Shown here: one piece after another, positions 9,755 through 18,683 of the stretch
Layout: each line of letters opens with the position of its first letter
Position numbering within the stretch: position 1 is the stretch's first letter
IMG/VR virus record: IMGVR_UViG_3300013581_000001
Origin: a virus
Reading direction: 5' to 3' (one strand)
DNA: 42,492 nt
Made by a program: the position numbers and the translations under genes
The notes under the pieces: generated by a model
Databases searched by the model: none
What the model was told of the DNA's origin: nothing
Seen by the model: the letters and a program-made list of their open reading frames with translations, nothing else

Positions 9755-10585
9755 TTATGCGCCTGAGTCTGTAGTTCCTGCGCCTTTAGTAACCTTAACT
9801 GCTTTAGATTCATCATATAAGTATGCTACATAATGTTTATCACTGTATAAAGCAGTTGTTTTAGTTGAAGGATCACGGTCAGTTTCTAAGAAGAAATCAC
9901 GTTTAGTGATTAATTTAACTGCACCACGTTTAGCTAAAATAGCTTCGCCCTCATCTAATTTCTTAGAACGTACAATGATAGCACCTAACGCTTCGCCAAA
10001 CGCACCTTTAACGATAATGTTATCGCCTAATTCAGTAGCGCGAGTGAAGTTATCTGAAGCGCTAGAACGTAATTTACCAGCGTCTTTAGGATTAATGAAT
10101 AATACCATTGGTTCTAAATCTTCATCATCGAATGTGTCAATTGCAGCTTCTAAACCTGCTAATGTACCAATATCTCCACTAACTGTTAATTTCGTACCTC
10201 GTAAAGCTTCTAACACGTCGTTATCTACTTTGTTAGCAATAGCTAAACCGTGTTGACGTACTGCTTCTCCTTGAGGGTCACCATAACCAGACAATAAAGC
10301 TTCATCAGTAATATCAGTACCTTTACCGATTTTATGAATTTTAGCTTCACGTCTGTTAGTTTCAATTTTGTCTACAGGAATTTTTTGTCCTTCAGGTACT
10401 ACTGTAGCATCACCACTGTAAACAAATGCAGGGAAAGTTAAAGTGTCACCTGGTTGTCCTACTAATGTACTGTCAATGTCTGCAAATTGTGCAAATCTCA
10501 ATTTCTTATCTAATTCTGCTTGCATCATAGGTTTTAATACTTCTGGAACGATTTGTGTACTTTTAGTTGTTGTTCCTTGTGCCAT
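9755..10585 (-). CDS. Major capsid protein
   Basis: 276 aa directly downstream of the scaffold gene, with a strong ribosome-binding site. Position and size fit a siphovirus major capsid protein. Confidence 0.65.
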   Translation of the reverse strand: MAQGTTTKSTQIVPEVLKPMMQAELDKKLRFAQFADIDSTLVGQPGDTLTFPAFVYSGDATVVPEGQKIPVDKIETNRREAKIHKIGKGTDITDEALLSGYGDPQGEAVRQHGLAIANKVDNDVLEALRGTKLTVSGDIGTLAGLEAAIDTFDDEDLEPMVLFINPKDAGKLRSSASDNFTRATELGDNIIVKGAFGEALGAIIVRSKKLDEGEAILAKRGAVKLITKRDFFLETDRDPSTKTTALYSDKHYVAYLYDESKAVKVTKGAGTTDSGA

Positions 10586-10602
10586 ATGTTATTACCTCTT
10601 TT

Positions 10603-11196
10603 CTAATTGTTTATTAGAGTGTCGTAAGTTTTTCTATCGTTAACGAATAGATTAGTTCTCTCTGCGACGCTCATATTGTTAAATTCTTCTTGCGTGATTC
10701 CACCATTTACTTTTTTGCCGTCATATGGTGTGCGCCCACTTGGTTTACTTTCAGCAAATAAATAAGACTTAGACTCTTTTAACGATTCAATCGCTTTATC
10801 TAAACCTTTAACATTGCCGTCGTCTTGTAGTTCTAACTCGTCTTTGTTAATGAGAGCTAGAATATCGTCAGCGTCATTTGCATCTTTAGCAACTGCTAAC
10901 TTAACAGCGTTATTCAATTGTGATTCTTGGTACTTAGTTTGCCACTCTGCGTTTTTATCTTTTAATTCGTCGAGTTCTTTTTGTAACTCGCTATCATCTT
11001 TCACAGAGTCTTGTAACTTGGCAATTTGTTCATCACGGTTAGTAATCTCTGCTTTTAATTCATCGATTTCAGCGTTCTTATCATTCAATCGAGAACGTGG
11101 TACCATACCTGATTTCGATTCATCAATAGCATCAATCACTTTCTGTTTATCGATTTCACCGTCTTTAAATTGCCCTAATAATGCGTATAAGTCCAT
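10603..11196 (-). CDS. Capsid scaffolding protein
   Basis: 197 aa, highly charged coiled-coil (E/K/D/L rich), between the minor head and capsid genes. Confidence 0.65.
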   Translation of the reverse strand: MDLYALLGQFKDGEIDKQKVIDAIDESKSGMVPRSRLNDKNAEIDELKAEITNRDEQIAKLQDSVKDDSELQKELDELKDKNAEWQTKYQESQLNNAVKLAVAKDANDADDILALINKDELELQDDGNVKGLDKAIESLKESKSYLFAESKPSGRTPYDGKKVNGGITQEEFNNMSVAERTNLFVNDRKTYDTLINN

Positions 11197-11289
11197 ATTT
11201 AACTACTCCTTTTACGTTTTTAACGTGTTACGACACGAAAGATTTGTATAAAAAAGAAGCCTTTTAACGACGGTGCTAAGGTCGAGTAT

Positions 11290-12237
11290 TTACTGCTTAC
11301 GTTTGTTCTTCTCCCACTCTCTATAGTTAGTGAAAGGTATCACACCATCTTCTTTAGTTCTCATCGTTGTAGGTAATTCATCTTCGTCTATGTAATAAAG
11401 AAGCTTACAACGACAGTTAATATTCTCTTTTGCACTAGCTACACCAACAAATAATTTAGGTGCAGGACCTACACAACCACTTGAGTGAAAGTTATCTTCA
11501 ATATCGACCGAAGTGCCGTCTAAGTGTCTGTGTGTATCACGTGTGCGTGTATCTTTAGTAGCATACCAACGTTTCTTCATATCAAGTCCGTTATCTTTAG
11601 CTACCATTGCACTATCTAATCCTGCTTGTGACAATGCGCGTCCTGTTTCTGTACGTGCTACTCTTACTGATTGAGCTTTTGACATACCTAAATCATTTCT
11701 TAATGCTTTAGCTATCTTAGAATATCCCTCACCACTCATAATGCCTTGTGTTATGTGTGTACGAATACGTTTTAATGTATCATCACGATGTTTCTGTAGT
11801 GTAGGTACTAACTTGATAAACTCAATAGGTTGTTCAATTGCCGTCTGTATTGTCTGCGGAGTAGGTATATCAAAGTTCATAGACGTTTGACTTGCTACTT
11901 CATACAAAAATAGGCTCATCATGTACTTTTCGATATAGACGTTCTGTTGTGATTGTTTGATAGCCTTAGCGACTTCTCTGTAGTCTTGAGATAACATCTG
12001 TCCTATACGATTAAGTTCTTTGTTGAGCCTGTTGTATTTATTGAATTCAGTCCACGTCACTTGTGGTTCATCTCTATCGTATTTCTCATACATGTTCGCA
12101 ATAATCTGTTTGATTTCTTTCAAACGTTTAGCAAATAGTATTTCGATTTCTTTCTCTGCTTGATTAACCAGTTTGTCGATGTAGTTATCTATGTCATTCT
12201 GATTGGTTATCTTCGGATTGTCTTTGTTGTTCGTCAT
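11290..12237 (-). CDS. Minor head / head morphogenesis protein (Mu F / SPP1 gp7 family)
   Basis: 315 aa. C-terminal ...GCVGPAPK...NCRCKLLYY... is the Mu F-like signature. It follows the portal gene. Confidence 0.7.
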   Translation of the reverse strand: MTNNKDNPKITNQNDIDNYIDKLVNQAEKEIEILFAKRLKEIKQIIANMYEKYDRDEPQVTWTEFNKYNRLNKELNRIGQMLSQDYREVAKAIKQSQQNVYIEKYMMSLFLYEVASQTSMNFDIPTPQTIQTAIEQPIEFIKLVPTLQKHRDDTLKRIRTHITQGIMSGEGYSKIAKALRNDLGMSKAQSVRVARTETGRALSQAGLDSAMVAKDNGLDMKKRWYATKDTRTRDTHRHLDGTSVDIEDNFHSSGCVGPAPKLFVGVASAKENINCRCKLLYYIDEDELPTTMRTKEDGVIPFTNYREWEKNKRKQ

Positions 12238-13630
12238 TCAATCCCTCCTCAATGTCAGGGAGTTGTTGATTGAGTTCTATGTTTTCTTGCTCTATTCTTT
12301 CCATTTCAGCTACAGGATCTTGTACCCACGAATGATTACCAAGAATAGTTTCTTTAGATAATAACCCTGTAGAATTCATAGCGATTTGAGAGTTTTCTAA
12401 CTCATTAACCATTACATTGAAGTTGAATGTAATCTCGATGTCTTGCACTTTCACATCTAATCTGTAGAAGTCGATAATGTACTGCAACAACTCTTGTAAT
12501 GCAGTAAGTGTTTTGTTCTTCAATTTATTAGCTTTCAAGTCTAAGTTACTGTACATAAATTTAAGTGCAATACCACTTGGGCTATTACCAAATTTATCTT
12601 GTTGGAAGTCTACACCTTGTCCAAACTCTATAATGTAATCACGTAACATCTTCGTGTATTCCTTAACAGAGTCAATAGGCACTTCTACTTTGATAGTGTC
12701 TACGCCAGAACCACTTTCTCCTGCAACACTAATTGCTTTATAGTATTTAAGGTTATGCATGAAGTCTTTCATATCTTCACCTTCGTAACCTTTTAAGATA
12801 TAGATTAACTCTACTGATTCGTCAAAAGTGTTTTGTGTGTCTGATAATCGCTTATCTAACGCGTCTATAATTGTTTTGTACATGAATAAGTCAGATACTT
12901 CTTGCGGGTTGTTCTTGAACGGAATGAAAGGAACGCGCCCCCAACTCATCAATTTATTACCTTGATAGTAATGAGGTTGTATATGATCTTCACTACGATA
13001 GAAATCAGGAATGAGTTGCCCTTCTTTCAATTCATAGAATGTCACATCATCTTTTGTCCAATACTCAACACGTTCTGCTCCGTCTAATTCATATACACGG
13101 ATAAACGCTTGCAGTTCATCTCTTTCCTTATTAGTCCAAATAGGTACAGCTTGTTCTGCAGGTACACGAAACGTTTTAAATTCTCCCTCTTCATCTACAT
13201 AAGGTTGAACCCATTCGATACCTTTATTACTTGCAGCAGTTAATATATCTACTAATTTGTCATCCCACTTGTGATTAAGTGTGTGTTGTATTTGTTTTAA
13301 TGCTTTGTCATTATCTACACCAAATGTCACAGGATTAGCAACTGCATAAGCTACTTTCTGGTCTACTAAGTTTTGATGGTAGTTAGTATACATGCGCCAG
13401 TCCGGTTTAGTTTCGTCATAGTCGCCGTTTACATCTTTTTTGGAAGGAGCGTCTAATATATCTGGGTGATGATTATAATATCTTTCGCCCATTGTGATAT
13501 TGTCTATATTCTCTTTATGTTCTCTAACCAAGCGCAATATCATTTCTTCTTGCGTTTCATACTTCGGTTTGATTTGTTCTACCACTTGTTCGTGATATGG
13601 TTTATCCCATGGCCAGTTAATGCTAATCAC
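12194..13630 (-). CDS. Portal protein
   Basis: 478 aa immediately downstream of TerL, with an acidic C-terminus. Typical SPP1-like portal size and position. Confidence 0.75.
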   Translation of the reverse strand: MISINWPWDKPYHEQVVEQIKPKYETQEEMILRLVREHKENIDNITMGERYYNHHPDILDAPSKKDVNGDYDETKPDWRMYTNYHQNLVDQKVAYAVANPVTFGVDNDKALKQIQHTLNHKWDDKLVDILTAASNKGIEWVQPYVDEEGEFKTFRVPAEQAVPIWTNKERDELQAFIRVYELDGAERVEYWTKDDVTFYELKEGQLIPDFYRSEDHIQPHYYQGNKLMSWGRVPFIPFKNNPQEVSDLFMYKTIIDALDKRLSDTQNTFDESVELIYILKGYEGEDMKDFMHNLKYYKAISVAGESGSGVDTIKVEVPIDSVKEYTKMLRDYIIEFGQGVDFQQDKFGNSPSGIALKFMYSNLDLKANKLKNKTLTALQELLQYIIDFYRLDVKVQDIEITFNFNVMVNELENSQIAMNSTGLLSKETILGNHSWVQDPVAEMERIEQENIELNQQLPDIEEGLNDEQQRQSEDNQSE

Positions 13631-13635
13631 CTCGT

Positions 13636-14898
13636 TTACGTAAGTATGCTAAGTTTATTCTGCCTCATGTCACGCTCTAAGGCGTATCTAGTGGCGTCTA
13701 TCGTATGATTGTCTTTATCCTCTAATCTCGGTTTAACGTTGCCGTCTTTGTCAGTTTCATAGTCGATATTCTCAAATTCTCTCGCTATATTAGGTGTTCT
13801 GTTAGGATCTATCACAATAGCTGTTAAATCATCAAGCCATTGTTCCCCGTGTTCTACACTGTCAGGACCTTTTTTCACACCTTTAATTCTCTTGATACCG
13901 TGTTCTTGTTTCAGCTCTGCAATCGACTTCGGTTCAGCGCTATCTGCGAATATATCATCTGATTGATAGCCTCTACGTTTTAACCAGTTAGCAAACTCTC
14001 TATTGCTTATTTGTACACCATAGTGTTCATCAACTGCATAGATAATACGTTTCTTCTTATCATAGTGCCAACGTACAAATGCTAGTGGATCAGTAGCATA
14101 ACCAAAGTCAACTGCATTACGTATATTATCGAATGTCTTGTATAAGTCATCAGGTATCTTCTCTATTTGCAAGTTGTTAAACGGTACAACGCCACTACCA
14201 ATAGCTTCACCCATATATTCCCAACGATAACGTTGTTCGTTACGTTCTTTCGCACTCTCTGCCTCTTGTATGAATTGTTTAGATATAAAAGGATTATCTA
14301 AGTACGTTGAATGATGTACAAATGTATTATCCGGTTGGAATGAGGTTTCGTATTTTTTGTTAACCCACGATTGTTTTCTCTTAGGCGGGTTATAACTAAA
14401 GAAAAACTTGTAGAACAATCCATCGTCTAGTTCTCCACGTAACATAGAGTTAGTAATTGTCGTGACTTCATCTTCTGTCTTAAACTCTGCCAACTCCTCT
14501 ATCCACATGATAGAAAAAGGGAACCGACTATCTTTTAACGACTTTAATCGTTCAGGGTTCTGCGCCCCTCTAAAGATAATCCGATTCCCTCTAGGTACAT
14601 ATGTGATTTCCATTGGCGACACCTTAACTTTGAACAAGTGTGACACTTTTTGTTCTTCTATCGCCCACTTGATTTGTTCAAATACTGATGTAGCTAATGT
14701 ATTATCCGTCTTACGTACTACAACCGCATTCATAGGATAGCGCATGATTAACTGTGTAATGATGATAGATATGTCAGACGACTTACCACTACCACGTCCA
14801 CCTTTAGCTACTATGTTCAGCTTCTCTCTATCTTTAGTCGCTTTCCACAAGCTATGAAAGTGTTTAGGTAACAGTTCAGATAATTTAATTGATATCAT
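13636..14898 (-). CDS. terL: Terminase large subunit
   Basis: 420 aa. Walker A motif GGRGSGKS near the N-terminus and an acidic nuclease region. The start overlaps terS. Confidence 0.85.
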   Translation of the reverse strand: MISIKLSELLPKHFHSLWKATKDREKLNIVAKGGRGSGKSSDISIIITQLIMRYPMNAVVVRKTDNTLATSVFEQIKWAIEEQKVSHLFKVKVSPMEITYVPRGNRIIFRGAQNPERLKSLKDSRFPFSIMWIEELAEFKTEDEVTTITNSMLRGELDDGLFYKFFFSYNPPKRKQSWVNKKYETSFQPDNTFVHHSTYLDNPFISKQFIQEAESAKERNEQRYRWEYMGEAIGSGVVPFNNLQIEKIPDDLYKTFDNIRNAVDFGYATDPLAFVRWHYDKKKRIIYAVDEHYGVQISNREFANWLKRRGYQSDDIFADSAEPKSIAELKQEHGIKRIKGVKKGPDSVEHGEQWLDDLTAIVIDPNRTPNIAREFENIDYETDKDGNVKPRLEDKDNHTIDATRYALERDMRQNKLSILT

Positions 14899-15265
14899 CG
14901 TCGAAATGCACCGTCGCAGTCGTTTCGATTTGTTGTCTTTCTACAGGAGTATAACCTGTACGATCCAATATATCTTTAGAGGCTTGATAGCGTACTAGCT
15001 CACTTTTAGCGTCTAATAAGTTAATCATCGTTTGTAAGGCTTTAGGTACCTGCTTAGACAAATGCTCTGCTTGGTAACCTTTAAAGCCTTCTCTGAATTT
15101 ATCATTATGTTTCCAACGAGATATAGTAGAACGGTTAACGTCAATTTCAGCAGCTATTTCTCCCTCTGCTAAATCTGTTTCGTTCTTCAAGCGTATATAT
15201 TCTTGTTGCTTCTTAGTTAATTCCAAGTACGCCCCGAATGTTGCGTTATTTTGCATGTTAGTCAT
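14885..15265 (-). CDS. terS: Terminase small subunit
   Basis: 126 aa with an N-terminal HTH (..DVNRSTISRWKHNDKF..). Its end overlaps terL. Ribosome-binding site GTAGGTGGT. Confidence 0.7.
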   Translation of the reverse strand: MTNMQNNATFGAYLELTKKQQEYIRLKNETDLAEGEIAAEIDVNRSTISRWKHNDKFREGFKGYQAEHLSKQVPKALQTMINLLDAKSELVRYQASKDILDRTGYTPVERQQIETTATVHFDDDIN

Positions 15266-15313
15266 CGTATATTACCACCTACTCTCACGGTTAAGCACCT
15301 TTATTTGACGTAT

Positions 15314-15340
15314 AAAAAAAGACACTGCGTAAACAGTGCC
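15314..15340 (-). terminator. Terminator-like hairpin plus U7 tract about 50 nt upstream of the terS start (possible attenuator in the late-operon leader)
   Basis: On the minus strand: stem CACTG/CAGTG with a 6-nt loop (15323..15338) followed by seven U (plus-strand A7 at 15314..15320). Confidence 0.35.
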
Positions 15341-15380
15341 TAATGATTATGTTTTGTTATTTATTTGAGTTTATGTACTC

Positions 15381-15403
15381 ATGTCACATCTCTATGTCAC
15401 ATC
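15381..15403. promoter_or_regulatory. Tandem direct repeat ATGTCACATC x2 (15381..15390 and 15394..15403) in the rinA-terS intergenic region. Candidate RinA box / late promoter element
   Basis: Exact 10-bp repeat separated by 3 nt. It lies between rinA and terS, where RinA-family activators act. Confidence 0.3.
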
Positions 15404-15719
15404 AATACATAAAAATAAGTTACCCGTGTGTTCTCACGGATAACTAATTAAGGGAGGAGAAAAATTACATGTCAAGTATTCATATCATCGTATCGGAAGC
15501 CGTGTTGTAAGATTCAATAAAACTACCCGCCACTCTGACGGATAGTTAAGCAATCGGATGTGCAACGTCTAATCAAGGACGATAAACACTTATCCAATCA
15601 CTTCGATATTGAATACCTCACCATAGTGCGAAAGGATAAACACTATGTCTTGTGAGGTAATTCTTACAATATCATAATACACCGATTATAAACGGACTTA
15701 CACACTTCAAAAGTCCACC

Positions 15720-16136
15720 TTACACATAACCTATAAATTCTGCCAATCTATTTATCATTGCGTCACGTCGTCTTAATATACTTGTCTTACTTGTTCCGAA
15801 GTATTCAGCTATATCTTCCCATTCACTACAACCTATCGGACACTCCCAGTATCTCAAGCGCATTAAGTCTTGTGTATCTTCATCTGATTCATATATAAGC
15901 TTATCTACACCTTTTACAATATTACGTAAGTTGTTATAACGATTGTCACTTAACTTCTTAATTGATTCTCTCTCAATAGGATTACCTGGTATATTACTTT
16001 TACCTGCACCTACATTTTCGGGTTCGTGGTTCTCTAACAATTCATACTCTCTTACTTTTAACTCTCGTCTGTAACGCTCTATGTTCTTGATATAATCTTC
16101 TAGTTTCTTTATATCGTGTCGTTCAATCGTTATCAT
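15720..16136 (-). CDS. rinA: Late gene transcriptional activator, RinA/ArpU family
   Basis: 138 aa. It sits just upstream of the terS leader, as in phi11 and 80alpha. It shares the RinA layout: an N-terminal helical region, a central G..GKSN segment and a C-terminal ..SILRRRDAMINRLAEFIG helix. Confidence 0.65.
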   Translation of the reverse strand: MITIERHDIKKLEDYIKNIERYRRELKVREYELLENHEPENVGAGKSNIPGNPIERESIKKLSDNRYNNLRNIVKGVDKLIYESDEDTQDLMRLRYWECPIGCSEWEDIAEYFGTSKTSILRRRDAMINRLAEFIGYV

Positions 16137-16153
16137 ACTTACCCTCCATTCCT

Positions 16154-16375
16154 TTAGTTTCCTTTTTTATTAATTCGCTTTTTGTATTCTTCATACTTTA
16201 AATTTTGAAAATCATTACCGCCGTCATATTCATCCATTTTACTTAATATACTTTCTAAAGCTACAATTTCACCGATTTTAACATGGGTACTACGGTCTTT
16301 ATCGTTTTGCATCATCAAAATTAAACTAAGAACTAGAGTTTTTAATTTAATCCACTTGGATTTATAAAACATCAC
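16154..16375 (-). CDS. Hypothetical protein (73 aa)
   Basis: ORF with an ATG overlapping the upstream stop (TAAGTGATG). Confidence 0.4.
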   Translation of the reverse strand: MMFYKSKWIKLKTLVLSLILMMQNDKDRSTHVKIGEIVALESILSKMDEYDGGNDFQNLKYEEYKKRINKKGN

Positions 16376-16516
16376 TTACCCTCCATTCTCCAACTTATCT
16401 TTCAAGGTCTTAATCTCATAATCTTTCACTTCTAACTGATGTTTTAGATCATTCTGTTCAAGTATAGAGCCAAATAGTAGTAAAACTAATATAATGATTG
16501 CTATTACGCCCCACAT
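16376..16516 (-). CDS. Small membrane protein (46 aa, N-terminal transmembrane segment, charged tail)
   Basis: Not in the ORF track. ATG at 16516 with a GAGGTGGT ribosome-binding site. Sequence MWGVIAIIILVLLLFGSILEQ.... Its stop overlaps the next start. Confidence 0.4.
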   Translation of the reverse strand: MWGVIAIIILVLLLFGSILEQNDLKHQLEVKDYEIKTLKDKLENGG

Positions 16517-16902
16517 TGTTTGACCACCTCTAAATTAGGTTTGTGTTCTAGTACACGTCCGTTAAAACTACATGCATCTTCTTTAGCTGAATATAAATCG
16601 TCGTAAGATAAAGCTTCAAATACATTGTCAGTGATTATGCATGTGTTTCCATAACTACCTATATATTTTTTCACTAAATATACTCCTTTTTTTAACTCAA
16701 CCACGTATTTGCCTATGTTGTTTTTATTATCCTTATTTTTCAACCAAGATACCTCTCTTTCTAAATGTAACTTATCTAATTGCAATCCATGTTTATCTTC
16801 CTGTAACTCATTAACTCTTTTCTCTGCTTTAATCCACTTATATATAGCAAAAATACACAGTACTAACACAATTATTACCGATGAAAAACTTATCCAAATC
16901 AC
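16504..16902 (-). CDS. Membrane-anchored hypothetical protein (132 aa)
   Basis: N-terminal hydrophobic helix (IWISFSSVIIVLVLCIFAIY), then a coiled coil. Confidence 0.45.
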   Translation of the reverse strand: MIWISFSSVIIVLVLCIFAIYKWIKAEKRVNELQEDKHGLQLDKLHLEREVSWLKNKDNKNNIGKYVVELKKGVYLVKKYIGSYGNTCIITDNVFEALSYDDLYSAKEDACSFNGRVLEHKPNLEVVKQCGA

Positions 16903-16903
16903 A

Positions 16904-17104
16904 TTAATAACCTCCTAAAATCCCAAAATATAAAAAGTGTAAAAATAGCAAGATAGAAAGTAAAAACATGGTAACGGAAAACCCAATCGTTACATATTCC
17001 TTGTATTTAATTCCTTCAACAAAAAGATATATTATAAATATCTCCATTAAAACAAAGACTATAGACAATGTTATAATTGTAATCATATATATAATTTCAC
17101 CCAA
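16904..17104 (-). CDS. Small two-transmembrane membrane protein (66 aa)
   Basis: Almost entirely hydrophobic (IITLSIVFVLMEIFIIYLF ... FLLSILLFLHFLYFGILGGY). Confidence 0.4.
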   Translation of the reverse strand: MGEIIYMITIITLSIVFVLMEIFIIYLFVEGIKYKEYVTIGFSVTMFLLSILLFLHFLYFGILGGY

Positions 17105-17107
17105 TAT

Positions 17108-17278
17108 TTAATAACCTCCGTATATGCCATTCAAATGAGTGTGGTCATTCTCGTCAAAGTCCTTAGGTACTTCCACCTCATCATTTGAAGTTAACTTATA
17201 ATACAACTCTCTACCAATCCATTTACCTAACTCATACATAGCGATAGTAAACCAAATTTTTAATATGCGTTTAATCAT
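17108..17278 (-). CDS. Small hypothetical protein (56 aa)
   Basis: Not in the track. GGAGGG ribosome-binding site then ATG. MIKRILKIWFTIAMYELGKWIG.... The ATG overlaps the upstream stop (AATGATTAA). Confidence 0.35.
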   Translation of the reverse strand: MIKRILKIWFTIAMYELGKWIGRELYYKLTSNDEVEVPKDFDENDHTHLNGIYGGY

Positions 17279-17423
17279 TGTAACCCTCCTTTTGTTTACT
17301 TAACGCCTCACTCTTACTCTCTGCTTCTACCAACGTCATACGTTCGTTCTCTTTAACTTTGTTAACGTGTCTGTGAACATATCCTGTACTATCTTGTATC
17401 TCTGTGATTAAGTATTGTGTCAC
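17271..17423 (-). CDS. Small hypothetical protein (50 aa, GTG start)
   Basis: Not in the track. GTG overlaps the TGA of the upstream 103-aa gene (GTGA). AGAGGTG ribosome-binding site 8 nt upstream. Confidence 0.3.
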   Translation of the reverse strand: MTQYLITEIQDSTGYVHRHVNKVKENERMTLVEAESKSEALSKQKEGYND

Positions 17424-17731
17424 TTCCCAAGCACCTCTTTTACATTAGTTTCGTATGTTCCAATATTACGTTTTACAAATTCATTATGTGTCTCTGCGAT
17501 TTTATCTTTCATAACTTGTCTGAATATATTATTAAATTCTTTCTGCGTTTTGCTAGGTATTGTTAAAATTTCATATTCATCTCTTCCTAATGGTAATTTG
17601 CAATCAAACTTTATTTTGTTTAGTTGCTTAAATCGTTCTTCCATATACGTAAAGTGCATAGCTAATTCTGCATCAGATAATTCTTTTAATTGTTGTTTAG
17701 GCATGTTGAAACTTCCGATAAAATTACTCAC
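17420..17731 (-). CDS. Hypothetical protein (103 aa)
   Basis: ORF with a ribosome-binding site. No motif recognised. Confidence 0.4.
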   Translation of the reverse strand: MSNFIGSFNMPKQQLKELSDAELAMHFTYMEERFKQLNKIKFDCKLPLGRDEYEILTIPSKTQKEFNNIFRQVMKDKIAETHNEFVKRNIGTYETNVKEVLGK

Positions 17732-17809
17732 TTTATCTACTCCTCGTTACTTCGTTTTACTTCTCGTTACTCTTTGCGAAGTATTCTTTTAATCTCTGCT
17801 ACTATGTCC

Positions 17810-18133
17810 TTATCCTTCGAGGTCTGCTTCTTTGATGAATGTTCCATTGATTGTCTTTCCTTTTCTTCCTTTAATCTCATCATATGCAAACTGTAAACAC
17901 TCCTGTAACGTCATATCATGTTGTTGCGCTAATATGATTAATGTAACGACTGTATCGCCTATACCGTCTTTTAATGCCTCTAAATTACTACGTGATAATG
18001 CTGCGCCGACTTCTCCTGCCTCTTCGTAAAACTTCAACGCTTGTCTATCCGGATTGCCATTGTGCAAATCTTTATCCTTACTCCATTGTTCTACTTGTTT
18101 AATTAATTGATCTACTGTTAATTGATTAGTCAT
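17810..18133 (-). CDS. MazG-like nucleotide pyrophosphohydrolase (all-alpha NTP-PPase)
   Basis: 107 aa. Contains the E-E-x-x-E ... D motifs (FYEEAGEVGAAL, KDGIGDTVVTL) typical of the MazG/dimeric-dUTPase fold. Confidence 0.55.
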   Translation of the reverse strand: MTNQLTVDQLIKQVEQWSKDKDLHNGNPDRQALKFYEEAGEVGAALSRSNLEALKDGIGDTVVTLIILAQQHDMTLQECLQFAYDEIKGRKGKTINGTFIKEADLEG

Positions 18134-18280
18134 TTATTGTTCCTCCATTTTCTACTAAACTCTTTGAATTACTTTCTACTATTCTAAAGTTAAAACTCTT
18201 ATTTCTACTTCGCTTTTTGCTTCTTCATTAAGTTCAATAATTTCTTTTCATAATATTTTTTTCCTTATAAATTGTATGTT

Positions 18281-18517
18281 TTACCCAGCATCATAATGAT
18301 TATCATTTAAATCATAGTCTGCGCCTTTAGGTCTAACTCTAGTCCAAGCTACATCTGTTTTAAACTTAGGTTTAAAATCACCATCCCCATCAGCATATAT
18401 AGAAACTGTTCTTGATGCGCCTAAGTCACCTAAATACTCCATCTTATCTAGCATTGACATAAATTCATTAACCCATCTTTCTTCCATTTCAACTTCAATT
18501 GTAAATTTCTTTTTCAT
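18281..18517 (-). CDS. Hypothetical protein (78 aa)
   Basis: ORF preceded by an AAGGAG ribosome-binding site. That site lies inside the duplicated element at 18504..18545. Confidence 0.4.
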   Translation of the reverse strand: MKKKFTIEVEMEERWVNEFMSMLDKMEYLGDLGASRTVSIYADGDGDFKPKFKTDVAWTRVRPKGADYDLNDNHYDAG

Positions 18518-18548
18518 AGTATTTTTTTCTCCTTATTAAATGTATATT

Positions 18549-18683
18549 TTAATTAATTGATAGCAAATAAAAATCATCTACTCCAATTTTATTTAACTTC
18601 TTTAAAACTCTTTTAGCTTTCCTTTTATTAGGAAATACTGTAAATGGTACTATACAGCGTTGGATAAACTCTCTATTGTCCAT
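18549..18683 (-). CDS. Small basic hypothetical protein (44 aa)
   Basis: Not in the track. The ATG overlaps the upstream stop (ATGGACAATAG). GGAGG ribosome-binding site. Confidence 0.3.
   Translation of the reverse strand: MDNREFIQRCIVPFTVFPNKRKAKRVLKKLNKIGVDDFYLLSIN

Noticed and set aside
15469-15510. Calling the plus-strand 13-codon ORF a gene
   Set aside because: It has a perfect Shine-Dalgarno sequence, but it encodes only 13 codons, with no detectable conservation and on the strand opposite all neighbouring genes. It is kept as an observation only (see the leader-region finding).
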